Origin: Candidatus Iainarchaeum sp.
GTDB lineage: Archaea; Iainarchaeota; Iainarchaeia; Iainarchaeales; CSSED10-239
Reading direction: 5' to 3'
Length of the DNA: 32,000 bases
Assembly: GCA_037441475.1 (NCBI GenBank)
Contig: JBBISB010000001.1
Location: 366,418 to 398,417, forward strand
Position 1 is the stretch's first letter. The number at the start of each line of letters is the position of its first letter. The notes under the pieces were generated by a model that searched no databases, was not told the DNA's origin, and saw only the letters and a program-made list of their open reading frames with translations. This document shows positions 1 to 7,957 of the stretch, piece by piece. The position numbers and the translations under genes are program-made.

Positions 1-913
1 TTTTATTTTGTTTTAGTAAATAATTATTTTTATTTTGCCTTTTTAGAAATCTTTTAACATTTGATTTTTTTAATCTTATGTTTGAAGGAAATACCTTATA
101 ACCTAAAAAATCAACACCTTTGCTTACTAAGTTAATATAAATTTTATTCTTTGGAACATCTAATAATAGTTCTTTACTTAAAAATAATTTAATTTTTCTT
201 CTAAAAACCTTTAAATCTTTTTTAGAGTTTGAAAATATTAAAAAATCATCAACATATCTATAATAAAGTTTAATTTTCAAAGTATGCTTAACATATTGAT
301 CTAATTGATTTAGATAAATATTTGCAAACAACTGAGAAGTTAAATTACCTATAGGAATTCCTTTTTCAGTATTATTTACATTAAAAGAATAACTATCAAT
401 TATTTGATATATTAGAGAAAGTAACCTTTCATCCTTAATTCTTTTTTTGATTATTCTTTTTAAAGTGGGTTTATGAACAGAAGGAAAGTATTTTTTAACA
501 TCTTGGTTTAAATAATATTTTGGAGGATTAGTGGTTTGAATGACATTTTTAATTTCAAAAAGGCCTTTATGTGTGCCTTTTCCTTTTCTGCAAGCAAAGG
601 AATTATTTATAAAAGTTTTATCAAAAATAGGTTCTATGATATTAATTATTGAATGTTGAACAACTACATCTCTAAAAGTTGGAGCACTAATAATTCTTTA
701 TTTAGGTTCATAAACTTTAAAACTTCTGTAAGGAGAAAATTGAAAATTTTCTGAAATTAATTGATCTTGTAATAAAAATAGCTCCTTTTCTAAATTTGTT
801 GTAAATTGCAAGACATATTTTTTATTAGGTGTTGATTTTTTTGCTTTTTTATAAGCATTAAAAAGATTTTTAAAAGAAGTAAACTCTTTCCAAAGGTTAT
901 TGTATGATTTCAT
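1..913 (-). pseudogene. DGR-type reverse transcriptase, 3' end beyond the window, interrupted by in-frame TAA at 698-700
   Basis: ORF 698-913 (MKSYNNLWKEF...YRSFKVYEPK). Manual translation of the same frame after the TAA continues open to position 1: RIISAPTFRDVVVQHSIINIIEPIFDKTFINNSFACRKGKGTHKGLFEIK...KYYLNQDVKKYFPSV...GIPIGNLTSQLFANIYLNQLDQYVKH...YYRYVDDFLIFSNSKK...GVDFLGYKVF. Has the YVDD box and the DGR-type IGNLTSQ motif. Labelled pseudogene only because of the stop; function is unresolved. Confidence 0.85.
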
Positions 914-1150
914 TTTTAAAAAAACTTATTTAAAGTTAAAAGTTATTACAGATTTCTTTTTACAGACTATAAAAATACTAAATGTAATAACTTATCTTTA
1001 TATTTGATTTTTTAACATAAAAACAATAAAGTTTTTATGGCATACATCATATGCAATCAGGAAACATTTTACAGATGTAGTTTTTTAAAATATTCGCTTT
1101 ATATGTTTTTTTAAAAAAAACAAAAATATAACATATAAACTCTGATAAAA

Positions 1151-1172
1151 CCTTATTTCTTTAAAAATAAGG
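1151..1172 (-). promoter_or_regulatory. Perfect 8-bp stem, 6-nt loop hairpin 5 nt after the target gene stop
   Basis: + strand CCTTATTT-CTTTAA-AAATAAGG. Confidence 0.6.
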
Positions 1173-1177
1173 AGAAA

Positions 1178-2545
1178 CTACTGAACGCAGCGCAAGCCGA
1201 AGAAGTCGGTCCGGCTTGTAGGAATGTTGGTCAAGTTCAGGGACAAGACACCGGCACTAGAGTCATTGAGCCAGCGACCACCGCGCAAAAAAGCGTATAC
1301 AGTCTTACTTGTGTCATTTATATTACTATAAGTATAAAGCCTACCAACACCATTATTCGCATTATAACTATTACTTGTAAGTAAAAATAAATCTTTATAC
1401 TTTAAAGTAGTGTTACCTAAATTATCAGAATAAATATATTGGTTTCCTCCACCACCTTTTGAATAATCAAAAAAATTAAAGCCAGAAGTATAATTACTAT
1501 CATCAGAATTATTAAATCCATCAGGCTGGTCTTTTATTTGGATAGTATCACTAGTCCATTGCCAAACATTACCTGCTAAATCCCAAATTACCTCTCCATT
1601 AGTTAAAGTTAAAGTTCTTTTTGTAATTCCTGAAAGCTCGTCAAAACCGTCCATGGCCCTAGAGGATGATGAATTTCCTCTTGGAAGGTATCCTGAACCA
1701 ACTTCTCCACCAGACCAGTTGGAGGGAACTTGTTCAATATTTCTTACAATTGTCATCCATTCGTTATTAGTTATTAAATGACCACCGATAGCTTCACAAG
1801 CGGCTATTGCTTCGGTTTGGGTAATTCTTACTATTGGAGAGCCTTCTGGAGTGGACACTAAGGTTCCTGGTGTTGGACATAATTCATAATTATAAGTATT
1901 AGATGTTAAAGAACCAGTATTACAATTAGGATAATCAGCTACAAGATTTCCTTTGCCATCACCATTTACATCCATTTTCATCTGATATTTTGAAACACAA
2001 AAACCCCCTCTTTCATTCATTGTACCATAAAGGTGGTTTCCAGGAACAGGAATAAATCCTTCTGGACAAGAAGATGGATATTTAATATTTTGACGAAGAG
2101 AGGTTTTGGTTATCATTCTATCATTATCAAGGTAAAAAACAATATTTAAGTTGTCTTCTAAAATACCATGATCAATTACTGCTGTCTGGTTTGCAGTAAT
2201 TGTTACTGGTGGGTCTAATGGATTAATATTAGTATTTCCGTGCAAGGAATAACCAGTTATGGTTAAAGAGGTGAAAGGAGAACCATAAGGAGGATTATAC
2301 TCTAAAATAGTTCTGCCATTTATGGAATCTTTTACTTGCAAATAAAAAGAAGTTTCTGATTCTGTGTAAATATCAAGACTTGAGGTTTTACCTAAGGAAT
2401 CATTGGTAAAACCTTTTCCCCAAGAAACAATTATTGCAATAATAGCAACAGCAACAACTATTAAAAGAATGGTTGCAATTAATGGAGAAATTCCTTTCCT
2501 TTTTTTATTTTCCATTTGAAAAAAAATATTTGTATCTATACTCAT
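1178..2545 (-). CDS. Putative DGR target: type IV pilin-like N-terminus fused to FGE-sulfatase/C-type-lectin-fold domain with variable C-terminus
   Basis: N-terminus KKRKGISPLIATILLIVVAVAIIAIIVSWGKGF. Downstream GGFCVSKYQMK...ITQTEAIAACEAIGGHLITNNEWMTI...DLAGNVWQWTSD...LRGGRWLNDSSAGVLSLNLTNIPTSRTDFFGLRCVQ. GC-rich 3' end in an AT-rich gene. Confidence 0.85.
   Translation of the reverse strand: MSIDTNIFFQMENKKRKGISPLIATILLIVVAVAIIAIIVSWGKGFTNDSLGKTSSLDIYTESETSFYLQVKDSINGRTILEYNPPYGSPFTSLTITGYSLHGNTNINPLDPPVTITANQTAVIDHGILEDNLNIVFYLDNDRMITKTSLRQNIKYPSSCPEGFIPVPGNHLYGTMNERGGFCVSKYQMKMDVNGDGKGNLVADYPNCNTGSLTSNTYNYELCPTPGTLVSTPEGSPIVRITQTEAIAACEAIGGHLITNNEWMTIVRNIEQVPSNWSGGEVGSGYLPRGNSSSSRAMDGFDELSGITKRTLTLTNGEVIWDLAGNVWQWTSDTIQIKDQPDGFNNSDDSNYTSGFNFFDYSKGGGGNQYIYSDNLGNTTLKYKDLFLLTSNSYNANNGVGRLYTYSNINDTSKTVYAFLRGGRWLNDSSAGVLSLNLTNIPTSRTDFFGLRCVQ
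1181..1290 (-). repeat. Probable DGR variable repeat (VR), boundaries approximate
   Basis: Encodes LRGGRWLNDSSAG...TSRTDFFGLRCVQ at the extreme C-terminus, markedly GC-rich versus flanks, codon pattern compatible with AAC-rich template codons. No template repeat visible in the window. Confidence 0.7.
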
Positions 2546-2555
2546 AAATGATCTA

Positions 2556-2600
2556 ACATAATATATATAAACATAATATATATAAACATAATATATATAA
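2556..2600. repeat. Three perfect tandem copies of 15-bp ACATAATATATATAA
   Basis: Read directly at 2556-2570, 2571-2585, 2586-2600; a degenerate continuation follows. Sits immediately upstream of the target gene start. Confidence 0.85.
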
Positions 2601-2682
2601 ACAAATTATATATATATAAGAAGATAATATTTATAAAGATATCTAAAGTAAATAAAACTAATAAGTTAAAAAAAAATAAAAA

Positions 2683-2886
2683 TTACTTAGTAATTTTTAC
2701 AAAATAATAAATATCTTTTCCGATACTTGAAAAATCAACCTTAACATTATTTACAGCCATTTTATCTAAAAAATCCTTATATGAAATACCAGCAATGTCT
2801 GCTACCTCTGATAAAGAAATACTTCTTATTTGATATGCTTTAAAAACTAACTTTAGATTTTTAGAGAATTTATTATTTATATCCAT
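2683..2886 (-). CDS. Small protein, possible UPF0175-like antitoxin/DNA-binding protein
   Basis: 67 aa with SLSEVADIAGISYKDFLDKMAVNNVKVDF, resembling a helix-turn-helix of the UPF0175 type. Weak. Confidence 0.4.
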   Translation of the reverse strand: MDINNKFSKNLKLVFKAYQIRSISLSEVADIAGISYKDFLDKMAVNNVKVDFSSIGKDIYYFVKITK

Positions 2887-2996
2887 AAATATATTATTTA
2901 TAATAATCTTTTTAAAAGTGAGTAATTAATAAAAAGAAGTATTATATTATCTTCTCTATAATAGTATATAGAAAGAAATAATAAAAAAAGAAAAAC

Positions 2997-5111
2997 ATGT
3001 ATTCAAAAGAAGAAATTACAAAGAAGATACTTGACATTAACAAATACGAAAAACTAAACCCTATGCAAAACTTAGCAAAAGAACATATAGGGACAAACAC
3101 ACTTATCACAACACCAACAGCTTCTGGAAAAACAACAGTCTTTGAAATGTACATGCTTGACTGTTTATTAAACAAGAAAAAAAAAGCAATTTACATCTCT
3201 CCCTTAAAAGCATTAACAACAGAACATTATTTAGAAACTAAAAGAAAGTTTTCAAAAGAATTTAACCTAAAAATAGGACTTTCAACTGGAGACCTGGATT
3301 CAAGTAACAAATATCTTGAAAGTTATGATGTTTTATTTTTAACATATGAAAAATTTGATTCAATTCTAAGACATAAACCTTCATGGTTAAAAAATATTGG
3401 ACTTTTAACAATTGATGAAATTCATGAGCTTGGATCAAATAGAGGTTCAACCTTAGAAGTTATAATTACACAACTAAAACATAGCTATAGAGAAATTACT
3501 CTTCTAGGGTTATCTGCAACCATTAAAAACTCAAAAGAAATATCTGATTGGCTTTCTGCAAAACTAGTTTTAAGTAACTACCGACCAGTTCCTCTTGAAA
3601 CTGGAGTTTTTTATAATGATTCTATTTACTTTGAAGATAGAAAAGAAGACTTAACTTCTCTTACTGTTAAAAACATTAATTTAGGATCAATCATTAAAGA
3701 CACTTTAAAGAAAGAAAAACAAGCAATTGTTTTTTGTGCATCTAGAAAAAATGCAATGTCGTTTGCAAAAAAATATGGAAAAATAATCTCTGGAAGTTTA
3801 AAAGATGAAGAATACCAAAAACTTAGAAAAGCCTCTCAAGAGGTTTTAGAAGCTTTAGAACACCCAACAAAACAATGTGAAAAACTTTCTCTTTCTCTTT
3901 TAATGGGTTCAGCATTTCATCATGCAGGACTGGTCTATAAACAAAGAGAAGTGGTTGAAGAAAATTTTAAGAAAGGAAACATCAAAGTTATTTTTGCAAC
4001 ACCAACTCTTGCAGCTGGAATTAACCTACCAGCCTTTAGGGTGATTATAAACAGTGTTTTTAGATTTTCAGAAGGATCAATGGTTCCAATACCAGTTAAT
4101 GAATTTCAACAAATGGCAGGAAGAGCAGGAAGACCAAGGTATGATAAAAAAGGAGAGGCAATCTGTGTGGTTAACAAAGAAGGAGATATACCTAAGATAT
4201 ATAACACATATATAATATCTGGACCTTCAAACATAGACTCACAACTATCTAAAATAAACATCCTAAGAGGACATCTTTTATCAATGATTCTCATAAACAA
4301 CCTTAGGTCTTTAGAAGAAGTAATCTCTTATATTTCTAAAACATTTTATTATTTTGTTTATGGAAACACAAGTGAGATTAGAAAAAACATACAAGAGATT
4401 ATTTCTGAGTTTATTGGGTATGGTTTTTTAGAAAAGAAAGAAACTGGTTTTGAGATTACCTCTTTAGGTAAGAAAGTGTGTTATCTTTATATTGATCCTC
4501 TTTCAGCAAACAACATCTTAAAAGATTTAGACTTAAAGAAAGAGAAAGATACTAAGGTTTATGAAAAAATATTTACAGTTGTTAATACCTCTGAAATGGC
4601 GCCTTATCTTGTATACAAGCAAGAGAAAGAAAATGATTTGTTTGTTTTTTTTGAAGAGATTAGAAAGAACATTTATTTTGAATATGAGGATATTTATCTT
4701 TTACAAAAACTATATATGACAAAAATTATTCATGAGTGGATTGAAGAAAGAGAAGAAAATTCTTTACTTGAAGAATATAACACAACACCTGGACAGATTA
4801 GAGATATTATTTCAAGAGCAAAATGGATATGCCACTCTACAGTTGAGCTTTTAAAACATAGTAAAGCAAGCTTGATACCTATTAAAGAATATTCAAACCT
4901 TCTTTTAAGGATAAAGTATGGTATAAGAGAAGAGCTTGTTAATTTAGTTGAGATTAAAAATATTGGTAGGGTAAGGGCTAGAAGACTTTATAATAATGGT
5001 ATAAAGAGTGTAAATGATATTAAAAATAATCCAGATAGATTTATTACCTTGGTTGGAAAAATCGGTCTTGAGAGTTTAAAGGAACTTAAGATTGATTATG
5101 AGGAAAAATAA
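2997..5111 (+). CDS. hel308: Ski2-like superfamily 2 helicase, Hel308 type
   Basis: 704 aa; TPTASGKT, ISPLKAL, DEIHELG, LSATIKN, ATPTLAAGINLPA, QMAGRAGRPRYD motifs; C-terminal HhH-like region (IGRVRARRLYNNGIKS). Confidence 0.85.
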   Translation: MYSKEEITKKILDINKYEKLNPMQNLAKEHIGTNTLITTPTASGKTTVFEMYMLDCLLNKKKKAIYISPLKALTTEHYLETKRKFSKEFNLKIGLSTGDLDSSNKYLESYDVLFLTYEKFDSILRHKPSWLKNIGLLTIDEIHELGSNRGSTLEVIITQLKHSYREITLLGLSATIKNSKEISDWLSAKLVLSNYRPVPLETGVFYNDSIYFEDRKEDLTSLTVKNINLGSIIKDTLKKEKQAIVFCASRKNAMSFAKKYGKIISGSLKDEEYQKLRKASQEVLEALEHPTKQCEKLSLSLLMGSAFHHAGLVYKQREVVEENFKKGNIKVIFATPTLAAGINLPAFRVIINSVFRFSEGSMVPIPVNEFQQMAGRAGRPRYDKKGEAICVVNKEGDIPKIYNTYIISGPSNIDSQLSKINILRGHLLSMILINNLRSLEEVISYISKTFYYFVYGNTSEIRKNIQEIISEFIGYGFLEKKETGFEITSLGKKVCYLYIDPLSANNILKDLDLKKEKDTKVYEKIFTVVNTSEMAPYLVYKQEKENDLFVFFEEIRKNIYFEYEDIYLLQKLYMTKIIHEWIEEREENSLLEEYNTTPGQIRDIISRAKWICHSTVELLKHSKASLIPIKEYSNLLLRIKYGIREELVNLVEIKNIGRVRARRLYNNGIKSVNDIKNNPDRFITLVGKIGLESLKELKIDYEEK

Positions 5112-5151
5112 ATGATAAAATAAAAAAAGAAAAATAAATCTTAAAAAAGAT

Positions 5152-5430
5152 TTATTTTCTAACAACTTTTTTTGTAACCTTGCTTGCTGAATCTACAACC
5201 TTGTCTGTTAAAGTGGTTGCTTTTTCAGTAAATGTTGCCATTCTCATTGTTACCCATACAACTACAATTGTAACTATTATAGCATATAAAAACATAGCTA
5301 TCAATGTACCTGCAGTCCCAAATAAAGCCACAAATAAAGCTTTTATAGCGTCATTCCATGCAAGCGCAGCAACTAAACCAAAGGCAGTGGTTAAAAGTAC
5401 TGATACTCTTTCAAAAACTTCTTTTTTCAT
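5152..5430 (-). CDS. Small membrane protein, DUF5654-like
   Basis: 92 aa, two hydrophobic segments; TTAFGLVAALAWNDAIKALF...YAIIVTIVVVW. Confidence 0.55.
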   Translation of the reverse strand: MKKEVFERVSVLLTTAFGLVAALAWNDAIKALFVALFGTAGTLIAMFLYAIIVTIVVVWVTMRMATFTEKATTLTDKVVDSASKVTKKVVRK

Positions 5431-5462
5431 ATTTTTTCACAATCTCCTTTTATTTTTAATAA

Positions 5463-5804
5463 TTATTTTTTATAACCATGAAGTTTATTATACTCTTTGT
5501 GATCAATTATTTTTAATACCAACAAAATAATTTCTATTTCATTTCCTTGAATAGTATAAAGCAATCTCCAAAAATTAGATAATTCTAGTCTATATAAATT
5601 ATCAATATTATATTCATAAATTAATTTAGATGGGATTAATTTTTTAGGGCATGGTTTTCCTAGCATAGGATTTTCTTTTAATAAAGCAATATTGTGCTCA
5701 ATAGATTTTAAAATTGTTTTTGAAAAAGGATCTTTAGATTTTTTTAATAACAAATAACTATCTTTAGCATCTCCTTTTAAAAGCACAGAAATTTTTCTAG
5801 ACAT
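5463..5804 (-). CDS. RelE/ParE-like toxin candidate
   Basis: 113 aa; YRLELSNFWRLLYTIQGNEIEIILLVLKIIDHKEYNKLHGYKK is typical of RelE-like folds. Confidence 0.6.
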   Translation of the reverse strand: MSRKISVLLKGDAKDSYLLLKKSKDPFSKTILKSIEHNIALLKENPMLGKPCPKKLIPSKLIYEYNIDNLYRLELSNFWRLLYTIQGNEIEIILLVLKIIDHKEYNKLHGYKK

Positions 5805-5813
5805 ACCATTTAT

Positions 5814-6104
5814 TTAAATCTCCAAAGTATCTTTTTTTATATCTTTTAAGTAAGAGGGTACTTTATAGACCCATTGAATCCCTCTAGGTCCATAGATAAT
5901 CTTACCACTTATGAATAAATATTCTAAAACTAATTTTAATGTAGAATGCATAACTTTCTTTGGTAAACTTTCTTTTAACTTAGATATCTTTATAGGCATA
6001 TCAGAGTTTTTCTTAAGATAAGTTTCAACCATTAAAACAGTAGAAAAATTAGGGTACCTTGTTTCGAAAGATTTTTTAGAAGAAACGTTTTTTTTAGAAA
6101 CCAT
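5814..6104 (-). CDS. Putative winged-helix protein, candidate antitoxin partner
   Basis: 96 aa gene 9 nt upstream of the RelE-like gene on the same strand; wHTH-like KISKLKESLPKKVMHSTLKLVLEYLFISGKIIYGPRGIQWVY. Confidence 0.5.
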   Translation of the reverse strand: MVSKKNVSSKKSFETRYPNFSTVLMVETYLKKNSDMPIKISKLKESLPKKVMHSTLKLVLEYLFISGKIIYGPRGIQWVYKVPSYLKDIKKDTLEI

Positions 6105-6174
6105 GTAATCACTTTAAAGTATCAACATATACTTTATAAGTAGAAATAAATATAAATATATTCTTTTTTAAAAC

Positions 6175-7434
6175 CTAACCAATATTTTCAAGCTTTATTA
6201 TTTCCCTTATCAAAACTGTGGCGTACTGTCCCTTATCTAAAACAAAAGAAACAGTGGCCTTCATTTGTCCAAGATTTAAATCATCTTCTTCTACTGAAAT
6301 TAACTTTAAGTCTTTTGGGAAAGTGATAAGAGGCCTAAAATCCCCCTTGCAAGAAAGAACAGAGTAATCTCTATTAAAAAAATGCTTAAAATCTATTCTT
6401 TCTTTTTTAAAAATCTCTTTTTCAACCTCTCCAGCCTTTCCTTCTAAAAACTTAGAATCATGACCAAACAACTGTAGGTTTATTTTACCATCAATTATTT
6501 TATCTCCCTCTATTTCCTGAGTAGAATATCCCTTATCTATTCTTAAGTTAATAATTTCATTAAATAAAAAAGATTGATAGGCATGTAAAAATAAATACTG
6601 CATTGACTTTGATAATGCCTTAAAAGCACCTAAGTAATCATCAGGGTTATTTGCTAAGTGGTTTAACATGGTAACTTCAAAGCCACTTTTTGAAGGAAAA
6701 GAAGATGACCATTTTTTAAAATCCTTTGTATCTAAAATATCTTTTCTTGCAAAAATCATTTCCTCTGACTCATACTCTGAAGGGGATGTTAAATAAAGAA
6801 GAACAGCTTCTTTGTAATTTTTATATAAAAGCGCTTTACCAACCTTTGCTGTAATCTCTCTTGCACCACCAAACCTTTGCTCTCCAAAATAATTAATTAA
6901 GCCTTTTTGATTAATTTCAAGAATTGCTTTTTCAATAATATCAATAATTTCTTGTTTTGTAAAAGAAGTTATCTGTCTTATAGTTATTGTAAACTTATTA
7001 ACTTCTAAATCTCCAATATCTATTTTTTGAGAAGACCAAGAAGGGTTATAAGTTTTAATATCTTTAAAATAAAATTTTGAAAGTCTTTCAATTGCAGGGT
7101 CATAAAGAGATATTCTTTGAGAGGAGATTGATCTTTTGTCCTTTAAACCTGCATAACCAAATCTTGATTTTGAAAGTCTTAAAAATCTAGACATCTCACT
7201 TATCGCATGCATGGTTGAAAGATTATGTTTTTCCATATCAAGAATTAAATAATCCTCTCCTTGTTTTCTTTTTTCAAAAACATCTTTCCACTCAATGGTT
7301 TCTATTTTTTTATCAGGTAAATATTTTACAGAAGTAGTGTAGTTTAAACCAGACTCTTCAACTATGAAGTCTTGAGGAAGTTGTTTTATTCTTCCGCCTA
7401 AGCCTTTTGTTGTTGTAATGTATCTATAATCCAT
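6175..7434 (-). CDS. truD: tRNA pseudouridine(13) synthase TruD
   Basis: 419 aa; PQDFIVEE, FGYAGLKDKRSISSQ, NYFGEQRFGG and YQSFLFNEIINLRI motifs. Confidence 0.9.
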   Translation of the reverse strand: MDYRYITTTKGLGGRIKQLPQDFIVEESGLNYTTSVKYLPDKKIETIEWKDVFEKRKQGEDYLILDMEKHNLSTMHAISEMSRFLRLSKSRFGYAGLKDKRSISSQRISLYDPAIERLSKFYFKDIKTYNPSWSSQKIDIGDLEVNKFTITIRQITSFTKQEIIDIIEKAILEINQKGLINYFGEQRFGGAREITAKVGKALLYKNYKEAVLLYLTSPSEYESEEMIFARKDILDTKDFKKWSSSFPSKSGFEVTMLNHLANNPDDYLGAFKALSKSMQYLFLHAYQSFLFNEIINLRIDKGYSTQEIEGDKIIDGKINLQLFGHDSKFLEGKAGEVEKEIFKKERIDFKHFFNRDYSVLSCKGDFRPLITFPKDLKLISVEEDDLNLGQMKATVSFVLDKGQYATVLIREIIKLENIG

Positions 7435-7437
7435 GGT

Positions 7438-7943
7438 TTAAAGTTCCTTAACATATATTGGAAGAGTATTCTTATCAAGAGGAATAGCAACTTCTTTCTT
7501 TAAAGCAGTATTTTCTAAAAATAAATAAACTATGTTTCCAGAAAAATTAGGACCTTCAAAAAATCTTTGTTTTAAACCAGTTATTTTATAACCTGGATAT
7601 TTTTCTTTTATTAAGTTAATTTTTTTATCACTACCCTTAACAAGCTTAAAGCCTAATCTTTCTGAAAAACCTTTAGTTTCGCTAAACACCCATGATGAGG
7701 TATATATATTTTTTAGTTTCTTATCTTTTGCAACAGATAAAAGCTCAGAATATATTTTTTTAATTGTCCTAAATTAGATTCTGCATTTGCTTTTAGAAAA
7801 TCAATGACTAAAGATTTTCCTTTAACTGTGTAGGTAAGAGAATAATTTTTATTTTCCAAGCTTCTTTTACGTAAATCTATGATTCCACATTTAGTTCCAA
7901 GAGTGGTTTTAGTAAGATTTCTTGCTTTTAATGTTTTTATCAA
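7438..7943 (-). CDS. Small acetyltransferase-like protein split into two ORFs (7713-7943, 7438-7689) that join by a -1 shift at A7
   Basis: Frame 0 CAA TTA AAA AAA; the -1 frame continues ATA TAT TCT GAG CTT... giving KKIYSELLSVAKDKKLKNIYTSSWVFSETKGFSERLGFKLVKG. Start is TTG at 7943. Family assignment is weak. Confidence 0.55.
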
Positions 7944-7957
7944 ATCAAATCACCTTT

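Noticed and set aside
1-913. Group II intron or retron reverse transcriptase
   Set aside because: The IGNLTSQ motif and adjacent VR-like target gene fit a DGR better; no maturase domain or intron RNA structure was recognised, though the RT C-terminus is outside the window.
5180-5530. ORF 116 aa on + strand antisense to the DUF5654-like gene
   Set aside because: Low-complexity antisense artefact; the opposite strand has a coherent membrane protein.
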